Positions 53,854 to 64,000 of a stretch of 64,000 nt of DNA are shown here, piece after piece. Both the position numbers and the translations under genes were made by a program. The notes beneath the pieces were generated by a model that saw only the letters and a list, made by a program, of their open reading frames with translations, did not search any database and had not been told where the DNA came from. The number at the start of each line of letters is the position of its first letter. Positions within the stretch are counted from its first letter, which is position 1. This DNA is from Eledone cirrhosa (lineage: Eukaryota). The DNA is taken from assembly GCA_964016885.1 (NCBI GenBank), contig OZ024744.1, positions 90,210,001 through 90,274,000 on the forward strand, read 5' to 3'.

Positions 53854-55110
53854 GAATCATTATCATCATCGTTTAATGTCTATCTTCCACGCTAGCATGG
53901 GCTAGACGAGAGTTGTCCCATTTGAGGCAAGATTGGTCGGGTGACCGTGTCTCGTTCGTATAAGACTATCTGGCAGGTTTTCTACGGCTGGATGCCCTTC
54001 CTAACACCATTTAAACCGGCTATATCCAGCCAGAATTCTCTCACCTCTTTCTGTTCAAACCAGCTGTAAGTGGCTGCTCTTACTTCTGTTAAGGTATTGT
54101 TCTCAAAAATAAATAATATCAAAATCTCGTATATTCGATATTATGCGAGATAAGTGTTTACTGTGAAAATATAATAGTATATATAGAGTAATGTAAATGC
54201 TAAAGGCTTAAGTTGGACAGGACTTTTTGAGGCAGTGTTTTACAGCTGCACTTCTTATGATATGCAGGGATACAGTGTTTATATTCTAAACTGGATATAC
54301 AGAGTTAGCATAATTTTATGATAACATCAGATTAATCAATTACTTATGAGTGAAATTTGGTGGGCTTCCACAAGAATATAATTGTATGTTGGTAAACAGG
54401 CTTATTTTATTATATCTAAAGGTTTTGAGTAATTGATATTTTGATACGAGTCCTTCGTAGACGTTTTAGAACAATAATAGCATTCCTATGTCTATCATCA
54501 ACATTTATAAACTTTCACTGTCTGATCTTCAGGATGTGGAATGTTGTTGTCCATTGTAACTCTTCTGTAGTGAAATGTGATTTGTGTAGACTTTATGGCC
54601 ACAATTATCATAGACTTCATCTATATATAAATTTGAGCGACTTCTATTTTTTTAGGGTAATTCTATATAGTAATTGATGTATAGTTCACTAGTATTTTCT
54701 TATCTAACTCTGCTTTCCACTTGGAAAGGAAGATAAGGGTGGAGAGAGAATTGCTGCCCCCAGAACATTTTTTAAAAGGTGGGTGATTGTTACGATTGTT
54801 GTGAATGGGCCACACTCTGAGCATGCACCTGTAGGCTGGAAAGATGGAGGGAGAGAGTAAGCCCTCCTAGGGTGCTCATGGTAATGAGGGTGGATTGGGA
54901 TTTGTGGGGTTCCTAACATCATCCCTGGGTGGTGTACCCCCACGATTCGGGAATTCTGTTATTTTTTTGTTTATTTGTTTTGTTAATTTTTTTTTACTCG
55001 ATTGCATGTAAAATTCCCATTGTCCCCCATCTTTGTATTGTCCTCTATGTTCACCCCTTGTGGCCAATAATAAAGAAATCATCATCATTATTATTATTAT
55101 TATTTTCCAG

Positions 55111-55199
55111 CAATTATCCGAAGTCTTGAAGAAAAGCTATTCATCACAACAAAGGAAAATGAAATCTTTGAGGACAAGGTTAACAACTTGTCTGAAAAG
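55111..55199 (+). CDS. TANGO1: TANGO1/MIA3-like gene, exon I (cytosolic coiled coil)
   Basis: ttttccag acceptor, gtatag donor, 89 nt, phase 1-0; (A)IIRSLEEKLFITTKENEIFEDKVNNLSEK. Confidence 0.8.
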
Positions 55200-55717
55200 G
55201 TATAGTGTAAAATTATTATTATCATTGTTAAGGGCAGTGGATTGGCAGTATGGGTAGAGCGTCAGACACCAAGCTTTGCAGCATATAGTTATGGCCCTTT
55301 ACGTTCTGAGTTCAAATCCTACCGAGGTTAACTTTGCCTTTCACCCTTACGGGATCGATAAAATAAAGTACCAGTAATGCACTGGGGTAATTGCTGGCCT
55401 TGTGCCAAAAGTAGAAACAATTATTGTTATTATTATTGTTACTGTGTGTGTATAATTAGTCTTTACTTGTGTGTATGTGTGTGTTTTTATGTAGGGTGTA
55501 TGTATGTGTGAATGTATGCATGTGTAAAGGGACTATCATTATCATCATCATCATCATCATTTAACATCCATTTTCCACGCTAGCATGGGTTAAGCGGTTT
55601 TGTTCCATTTGATGCAGGAATGGTCCGGAGACCGTGTCTCGCTCGGAAGTGCATGCATGTGTATTAAAACAGAGTGTATGTAAGTGTGTGTGTGTGTATA
55701 TATATATCATCATCATC

Positions 55718-55759
<42 letters not shown>

Positions 55760-56103
55760 AGGGTTAGCGTGACATGGTCTTGTAACTCCTCGGGTAGTAC
55801 TAAGGGTGCCGTATTAACATACAGCATTTCTAGGGCACTTTTTAAACCTGTTGGAGCCCAATCCTCTCCAGGCCTGAATACAGCAGGTTTCTTCCAGAGG
55901 AGGATAGAGAAAGTGAGAGAATGGAAGTGAGAAAGAGATATAGAGGAAGAATCGACCCCAGTACTAGACTGGTACATTTTTTTTTTTATCAACCTTGAAT
56001 GGATGAAAGGCAAAGTTAACCTTGGCAGTATTTGAGAGCAGAGAGCCAAGTCGAATATTACAAGCATTCTAACTGACGAATTGATGACTCTGTCAATTCG
56101 CCA

Positions 56104-56134
<31 letters not shown>

Positions 56135-56400
56135 AGTAATAATAATAAATTTGAAGACTAAAATCCAAAGAGGGCTCGATAAGGATAAATATATATCAAA
56201 TATATAAGAACCGTAGAGCAAATATTTATTAAAATAACAGATTAAAGTTTAAGCAAAGAATCGCTGCTTTCACCCTTAACGGGATCTTCTGAAACTAAAA
56301 AAGTCAATCTGTGAATGCAGAAGTGAATATTTCAAAAAACGTTGCAACCGGAGGAAGACAGGAAGACGATACTTTGGTTCGTGGAAACGTTCGCTATGCA
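56135..56400. repeat. Helitron-internal repeat block
   Basis: gattaaagtttaagcaaagaatcgctgctttcacc.. also at ~10790, ~27060 and, reversed, ~19230-19370 and ~22330-22560. Confidence 0.75.
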
Positions 56401-56623
56401 AATAAGTAATGGTATAAACAAAACATATACTTAGCTACCACATCAAGACGTAAAATATCCACGTATAGATCGTACTATCCGTTAGGGTATAATGTGGGGC
56501 TGTAATACAGAAAAGTTTTATGCAATTTATGTTTACAAGCCGAAATTTCCTCAGATTTTTTGTTTAAGATGTGGTCTGTGGCTTAGAGTATTTCCAGGGC
56601 CTCAGCGGCGCAGAGGTCACATA

Positions 56624-56657
<34 letters not shown>

Positions 56658-56760
56658 GGAAAAGAATGAAACGAAATTTCATTTCTCACTCTTAGTACGG
56701 CTGATACTTAAATGTAAGTATGTATACGTACATACATATATGTATACAGACGTACAGTAG

Positions 56761-56809
<49 letters not shown>

Positions 56810-57456
56810 GCACACATATATATATGTACGTATGGGTTTACCGAACATCTATTATAATGTTCGGTTTGTTTGTAAACAAACAGCCTGAATTACACCGTAC
56901 GCTTCCAGGGTAGAAATCAAAGTTCGCCTTGGTGGGATTCGAACTGAGAACATAAAGAGCTAAAATAAAATTGTTAAATGCTCTACTGATGCTGCTAACC
57001 CAATACCCAACTCTGGTTTCTCCTCATCCTGAGCTGCTAAATCTTTCGCCCTTTACCTAATAATAATAAATGGTTTCTAATTTAGGAAGAAGGCTCACAG
57101 TTTGCTGTGAGGGTAATATTCGATTAAATTAGCCCCAGTAATTGACAAGTACTTTATTTTATTAACCCTGGACAAATAATTTTCTAATTTAGGTGCAAGG
57201 CCTGCAGTTTGGTGTGAGAGGAATAGTCATTTAGACTGACCTCAGTAATTGACAAGTACTTAATTTTATTGACCCTGGAGAAATAAATCATTTTAAAATG
57301 GTTTCAGCTTAACTATCAGGCATTATAAATTTCCTGTTATATCAAGTGTTAACCTAATATATACTTCCATATACTGTACTGATTGTGTTGTTATTTCTGT
57401 TTATCTTTTACATACATATATATATATATATATATTTATATATATGTTGTTGGTCC

Positions 57457-57848
57457 CACAACATCCAGGCCGAAACAAATGAGATCGTGTAGGTGTCACG
57501 ACAAAAAACACACAGTCCACGCTGTAAATGTGGCCGTGTAGGCAACACGGTAAAAACGTCCCAGTCCCACACTGTAAATGTGGTTGGTGTTAGGAAGGGC
57601 ATCCAGCTGTAGAAAACCCGCCAGACAGTCCACGCTGTAATGTGGCCGTGTAGGCAACACGGTAAAAACCTCCCAGCCCCACACTGTAAATGTGGTTGGT
57701 GTTAAGAAGGGCATCCAACTGTAGAAAACCCGCCAGACAGTCCTATGCGAGCAAGACAACCACTCTTGCCTCAAGTGGGAAAACCCCCGTCCAAACCCAT
57801 GCAAGCGTGGAACACGGACGCTAAACCTGATGATGATGATGATGATGA
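57457..57848 (+). mobile_element. RTE 3'UTR fragment with internal duplication, near-identical to 1-393
   Basis: Direct comparison. Confidence 0.85.
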
Positions 57849-57994
57849 TATATATATATATATATAAATATATTCCCAAAGGGGATCAGGAGGTGATTAC
57901 TGTTTCATTCATATAAAATCATGATTTCATACAATTGAAACAGTCCTGTAGTCATTTATTTATTTATTTATTTTTTTTATATATATATATTTTA

Positions 57995-58255
57995 TTTATG
58001 TAATAAACAACTTAAGACAATTTTTCCATTTACCAAAGGTTTCACGAAGACAGACGAGCTCAACAGAGACGTCTGAAATCGCTCATCAGAATGAAAATTG
58101 AAAGATGAAATTTTCATTCTGTTGAGCTCATCTGTCTTCGTGAAACCTTTGGTAAATGGAATAACTGTCTTATGTTGTTTATTACATAATTAAATAGCTC
58201 TGTAGCCTACATAGAGCACTCTCCTTTCCTTTACCCTTCCTACTGAAATACTTCA
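57995..58255. mobile_element. Fold-back element with paired hammerhead motifs (family of 12330-12922)
   Basis: Minus strand: ttttcatt-CTGATGA-gcga..cagacg..cgtctg..tcgt-GAAA-cc.ttt.gG-TA-aatggaa. The plus arm has an internal deletion. Confidence 0.75.
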
Positions 58256-58260
58256 TATAT

Positions 58261-58592
58261 ATCATCATCATTTTACATCCGCTTTTCCCTGCTTGCAAGG
58301 GTGGGATGGGAACTGATTCTGGCTTGATTTCTACAGCTGGATGCCCTTCCTAACACCAACCTCATTTACAGTGAGTGCTGGATGCTTTTTTACCGTGGCA
58401 CCTCCACGACCACTTTGCAGTGGAATGATATGGACCCCAGTCCCTACCATCTCATTTCTACAGCTGAGTAAACTGGAGCTATGTGAAATAAAGTGTCTTG
58501 CTCAAGGAAACAACACATCACCCGGTCTGAGAATTGAACTCACAACTTTTCGATTGCAAGGCCAATGCTCTAACCACTAAGCCATGTTCCTC
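58261..58592 (-). mobile_element. tRNA-derived SINE (RTE-tailed family)
   Basis: Same family as 31707-32036. Confidence 0.88.
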
Positions 58593-58647
58593 CATATATA
58601 TATATATATATTTGCACAACTATGTATATATTTTTTTTACTTCACAG

Positions 58648-58725
58648 CTTGCTCTGACGGAAGAAGAAGCGAGAAGCCAAGCTGATTCTACTCGTACATT
58701 TGAAGTAGATCTTGAATACCACAAG
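58648..58725 (+). CDS. TANGO1: TANGO1/MIA3-like gene, exon J (coiled coil)
   Basis: ttcacag acceptor, gtgagt donor, 78 nt, phase 0-0; LALTEEEARSQADSTRTFEVDLEYHK. Confidence 0.8.
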
Positions 58726-59551
58726 GTGAGTTTGTGTATAAGAGAGAAATGGAAAGGTGTTGTACATATGGAGTGTACATATCATTATATCTACTTTCCC
58801 ATGATGGTGTGAGTATTAGATACGTCAGTTTCAGTACAGTACACCATCTTTCCACTTGTCGCAGTTCATTATCCTCTCCTCCATGAGTTTCGGTATCCTG
58901 AGATCAGTCTTACCACTTTTGCCAATGTCTTCAGTCTTCCTCTTCAGCTGTCTCATTCTCTTTGCATTGTTTGACACTTTTTCCCCCCACCCACTATTCA
59001 TCATGCTCATCACAATGTCTTTTCCATCACCATTTTCTCTCTTGCACACTATAACAGACACCTCAGATGCCCAGTTCTTTTTTGGGGTTTTATTTTTGCG
59101 GCATACTTGTACTGTGTCAATTATACGGGTGAGTAATAATGAGCATATAACAGTGTGTATGCTTCATTTCTCTTCAGCCTTCCTATATCCTCCATAGTCA
59201 CCATCAATGTTTTACTGCCATGCAACAACTTATCAACTACTTCTAGTGAGCCTTGAGGATAGTGAAAAGATTTTTATTTCTTGCATGTTCCTACTGCAAA
59301 ATATTTCAGTGCATCTATTACATATAAAACCATTTTTTTTTCTTTTTCCATCTCTACTTACACGAACCTCTTCATCTGGAGCGAAAACCACACTGTTCAT
59401 CAGCTAGCTTAGATTCAACAATATCTCTACATCGCTTTGCCAGATGCTTAGCATAGACTTTACTGGAGCGGCTTAACAAGGAGATCCCTCTATAACTGGA
59501 GCAATCTCTTTTTGAAAATTGGGATTATCACTCCCAATTGCCATTGCTTAA

Positions 59552-59760
59552 CCCTTTAGCATTTACATTATTCTATATATACTGTTGTATTTTTGTAGTA
59601 AAGGCCTTATCTCGCATAATAATCTCACATAATATCGATTCTGAGATTTTGATATTATTTATTTTGAGAACAATACCTTAACACCAGTATGAGCAGCCAG
59701 TTTGAACAGAAAGAGGTGAGAGAATTCTGGCTGGATACAGCCGGTTTAAATGCTAAAGGG
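59552..59760. mobile_element. piggyBac-like MITE (209 bp)
   Basis: TTAA|CCCTTTAGCATTTA...TAAATGCTAAAGGG|TCAA; related partial copies at ~1110-1275, 15050, 50100 and 54008-54210. Confidence 0.8.
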
Positions 59761-59764
59761 TCAA

Positions 59765-60380
59765 GTGTCTTTCCCAGAGATCCAGGCCACCTGCCATAGT
59801 CAAGTCAGCCACAGAATACCTTCTCTATTTAAGGCTTTTAACAGTTTGGGCTGAATTTCATCCTCCCCAGCAGCCTTACTACATTTGAGCTCTTTAATTG
59901 CTCTTGTGACCTCAGCCTCTGAGGGATTAGTCATTGTTCCCAGATGTACCTCTATTTTATTTTGACACCAGCACTACCAGTTTTATAGAGCAGACTAGAT
60001 ACTTTGTTATAGCACCAGCACTATCTCAAAAGGCATTGGTGGGGGTTGAGGCTGAGGTCAAACATTGCACTCTTGGAGGCAGGGTTATGTTGATGGCCTT
60101 GAAACATGTGGATGGCATGTGGCATATTGTGGTTTGTGCCTGGTTTCCTTTGATGGCTTAAAAGTGTTATTTATATACTGCTTGGAGCAAGTGAATAAGA
60201 GTTGTCTATCATTTTAAAATGTACCAGGCTTTCTCAAAGACTTGCTGCAGTGTGAATATTTGGTCGACTGTGCTGCATCCAGAGCAAAAACCACTCTGTT
60301 CATCAGCTAGCTTGGACTTGACAATCTCTCTACATCTCTTTGCCATGTCTGATATAAACATCCAAACTGAATAGGTTGTT
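59765..60380 (-). pseudogene. Old LINE RT fragment
   Basis: KLADEQSGFCSGCSTVDQIFTLQQVFEKAW, a non-LTR RT domain 2 motif. Confidence 0.65.
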
Positions 60381-60813
60381 TGGATCCTCATATGTCAAAA
60401 TTGATGCGAGTGTCCATCATATATACATATATATTACATATGTGTATATATATCCTACTATATCAAGCATAAAACTAATAATATATTTCTTCACTGTACT
60501 GTGTCATTTGCTTTGTTATTTCTGTTTTCCTTTTGCTTATATATATAATGGAAGTACATAACCTAGTGATAAGGGTGTTGGACCTATGACCATAATGTTG
60601 AGGGTTCAGTTCCTGGACTGGGTTGTGTGTTGTGTTCTTGAGCAAAACATTTCATTTCATGTTGCTCCAGTATACTCAACTGTCAGGTTAATCCTGCAAT
60701 GGACTAGCATCCTGTCCAGTGGGCAGTATTGTACTCTCAGTCCCTTAACGCCATGGAAACCGGAATAAACACCGGCCTGATGAGCCTCCGGACTTGAGAC
60801 AGACTTTAGACTT

Positions 60814-60852
<39 letters not shown>

Positions 60853-60855
<3 letters not shown>

Positions 60856-61172
60856 TCATTTTACGTCTGCTTTTCCCTGCTTGCAAGGGTGGGACGGGAA
60901 CTGATTCTGGCTTGATTTCTACAGCTGGATGCCCTTCCTAACACCAACCTCATTTACAGTGAGTGCTGGGTGCTTTTTTGCCGTGGCGCCTACACAACCA
61001 CTTTGTAGTGGAATGATAGGGACCCCACTCCCTATCATCTCATTTCTACAGCTGAGTAAACTGGAGCAATGTGAAATAAAGTGTCTTGCTCAAGGAAACA
61101 ACACATCACTCGGTCTGAGAATTGAACTCACAACCAAGGCCAATGCTCTAACCACTAAACCATGTGCCTCCA
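60853..61172 (-). mobile_element. tRNA-derived SINE (RTE-tailed family)
   Basis: Same family as 31707-32036. Confidence 0.85.
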
Positions 61173-61861
61173 TTAATATATATATATATATATATTAAGT
61201 ATTTCTGTAGAAAAGTAAAGGAAGGAAGAGTGCTCTATGTATAGTGCAGAGCTATTTAATTATGTAATAAACAACAAGTCAGATGATTCTAACAGAGGCG
61301 TCTGATATAGTAGGAAAATAGTCCTTAACATTTTGGACGCTAGTCCTTCATCAGAATATAGAATGAGAACGTAAAGAAGAAATAGAAGGGTGAGATGGTG
61401 TTTATGTTTTTGTTTATATTCTGTAACTTAGCAGTCTGTCAAAAAACGATTGGTAAGATGAGCACCTGACTTGAAAAGATACGTACTGGAGTTGAAATGA
61501 TGGACTAAATCTTTTCAATGTGGTGTCCCAGCATAACTGCAATCTGATGACTGAAACTAGTAATATATATATATATATATAGATTTGTTTTTTTTATTGT
61601 TTTTCTGGCTGGCTGACTTTCCTGTCATCAACCCTTTAACAATGTGGACAAAGAGTATTTTATTGTTGGCACTTAAGAGGTTATATGAGACAGGAGTAAA
61701 GAGTTGACTCTACCCTCTATCAGTTTTCTTTTGGAGAAACGTCTTTCCTAGACAAGTTGCCTGAACTGCAACTAATGAAGTACACATTGCTCTCTGTCCA
61801 TTCCTTCCCTACATATGATTAATATATATGTACAATTATATGTACTAATTTCTTGTTACAG

Positions 61862-61972
61862 CATGAAAATCGAAACCTGAAGAAAGAGGTGGAAATTTTA
61901 GCAACTCAAGTTTCACGTCTGGAGGATAAACTGCTTGATAACAGTTCTATGATGGAACAGAAAGATGATGAG
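61862..61972 (+). CDS. TANGO1: TANGO1/MIA3-like gene, exon K (coiled coil); gene continues beyond window
   Basis: ttgttacag acceptor, gtaaat donor, 111 nt, phase 0-0; HENRNLKKEVEILATQVSRLEDKLLDNSSMMEQKDDE. Confidence 0.82.
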
Positions 61973-62038
61973 GTAAATAATTGATTGTGTGTATTTTATA
62001 TGCATATACATACATCTTACCATTTTATGCTTAATATA

Positions 62039-62101
<63 letters not shown>

Positions 62102-62294
62102 GAAAGTATGACCCTGACGGCAGAGCTCAAGCCGTTTCGACGGCTATTTCTGGACTAAATTAAGAGTTCAGCCGTCGGGGAGTCTTGAATATTTTCATAT
62201 TACCCACTCTACTACTCCAAGTATCAAGTACTCTGGTGCATTATGGCTCACCTGGTGTCTTACCACACCTTCTTTGTACATATATATATATATA

Positions 62295-62592
62295 GAGATC
62301 TTATATCATCTGTCCCTTAGTCTGGTGGACCTTTGGTGCACCACAGATGACCTGGTAACCAGCTTCTTCCATTCTTCTTCCTTCTCCGGCTTCCTCATTG
62401 CTGCACCCGGCCTTATGCCTGTCTATTCCGGGATGTTGTCCTCCCATCTCTTTCTCTGTCTGCCTCTCTTCCTTCTTCCTTGTACTGTTCTTGTCAACAT
62501 GCCCATACCATCTCAGTTTGTGTTTTTTTACAATGGTCAACAGGTCTTCGTAGGGCCCGATGGCCTGCCAAATTCTGTTTCGTACCTCCTCA
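62295..62592 (-). pseudogene. RTE-type LINE 3' fragment
   Basis: EEVRNRI..LLTIVKKHKLRWYGHV. Confidence 0.7.
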
Positions 62593-62645
62593 TATATATA
62601 TATATATATACACACACGCACACATATACATATATATATATATAT

Positions 62646-63160
62646 ATGATAAATTCAGACCTTATACACTTACACCTCTCTAAGACAATGTCACTGGACC
62701 GAGATCTTTGGCACTATGCAGTAATACAGAAGACCAGCCTTGCCTATGTACAAAGCAAAACCTACAGTCAGTAGGCACCTCTTAACCAAATATACACCCC
62801 AATCCACTACCCCTACCCTATCCTCCCACTCCCACCAACACCACCCTCTCTCTGTAAAGTTGGTACCACAACATCCAGTCCAAATAAATGAGATAATGAG
62901 ATTGAGATCATGTAGGTGTCACGAGAAAAAAAACACACAGCCCACGCTGTAATGTGGCTGTGTAGGTAACACGGTAAAAACCTCCAAGTCCACACTGTAA
63001 ATGTGGTTGGTGTTAGGAAGGGCATCCAGCCATAGAAAACCTGCCAGACAGTCCTATATGAGGGAGACACGGTCACCCGACCAACCTTGCTTCAAGTGGG
63101 ACAACTCCCATCTAACCCATGCTAGCGTGGAAGATGGACATTAAACAAAGATGATGATGT
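62646..63160 (+). mobile_element. RTE family-C 3' end (last codons + 3'UTR)
   Basis: INSDLIHLHLSKTMSLDRDLW matches 21800-21900; UTR and GAT tail. Confidence 0.85.
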
Positions 63161-63452
63161 TAGTTATGTGTGTAACAACATTTACAGGCAGCATGCCGTT
63201 CGAACCATTCAATGCTGTTATGAAGTCCATTTTGTTTGGATTGTATTCCAATGATATGACTGTAATGTGCAGAGTGTAAATAGATTTAAAGAGTCAAAGT
63301 CAGTGTTGCAGCATATGTACAAACTTTATTTCCATATTACAATTGCTTCGATATCGATCAGCTGAAGGTGATGGGGCCGGATTCTTTTTCAACATCTCGT
63401 CAGATATTCGAGCTTATATGTGCAAGTTTAGATGTGTCTTTGCACATATAAT

Positions 63453-63500
63453 GAGCTATGTTTCGTACTGATTGGTACCAATCAGTACGAAACATAGCTC
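63453..63500. repeat. Perfect 48-bp palindrome
   Basis: gagctatgtttcgtactgattggt|accaatcagtacgaaacatagctc. Confidence 0.9.
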
Positions 63501-64000
63501 TGTCAGCTTTATCTCCCCTGTTTGCTGAAAATTTAAAGTAAGTGAGACTGTCACTACTCTACAACAATAACATAAGGTCTTTGAAATGCTTTTAATAAAG
63601 CATACAGTGTATTGCAAAATATACTATATATACATTCATATATATATAGCTATTTCAGAGCGCCAATTTTAATTTTCAATATATATATATATATATATAC
63701 ATTGGCGGACTGGATCTAAAAATATTGGTTGCCAGGTTATAAAGGGGGCCCACCCACATATAGAATACTATAATTTAATTTTTGTAATGAATAAATAAAA
63801 TGTTTTTAAAAATACATAAGTGGAAACAAAACAGCGCAATCAAATTTTTGCAGAAAAAAATGTATTTTTTACTAATTATTGTGTATATATACTATACATA
63901 TTACTGGAAGTATACAGTAATACCAAACATTAATACAGAATGTTATAATTGAATTTTTAAATAATTGTGAATGTATAGTATACTGTTATTTAGAGTAAAG

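Noticed and set aside
60770-60810. cctgatgagcc as a hammerhead core
   Set aside because: No properly placed GAAA or stems; lies in the tail of a degenerate SINE.

Overview
Eukaryotic, AT-rich, repeat-dense genomic DNA. The repeat repertoire (GAT-tailed RTE LINEs, ATT-tailed tRNA-SINEs, long (TA)n) looks like a cephalopod/Octopus-type genome; this is inference only. The whole window lies inside one plus-strand, intron-rich gene. Eleven GT-AG exons (13185-61972) splice in a fully consistent phase chain into a TANGO1/MIA3-like protein: end of a MIA-type SH3 domain, long acidic/low-complexity luminal region with a 1.7-kb exon, intramembrane plus TM segment, then coiled coil. The gene start and end lie outside the window. 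The introns contain RTE-clade LINEs with a PHD-like C4HC3 finger inside ORF2, two Penelope-like elements, R4/Dong-, CRE- and CR1-like fragments, Helitrons (one with a PIF1 helicase remnant), piggyBac-like MITEs and two SINE families. The most notable non-gene signal is about a dozen hammerhead-ribozyme motifs, many arranged as back-to-back inverted pairs in short fold-back elements, one about 300 nt upstream of the SH3 exon. Long near-perfect inverted repeats also bracket exons. All calls were made by eye; no database search was run.
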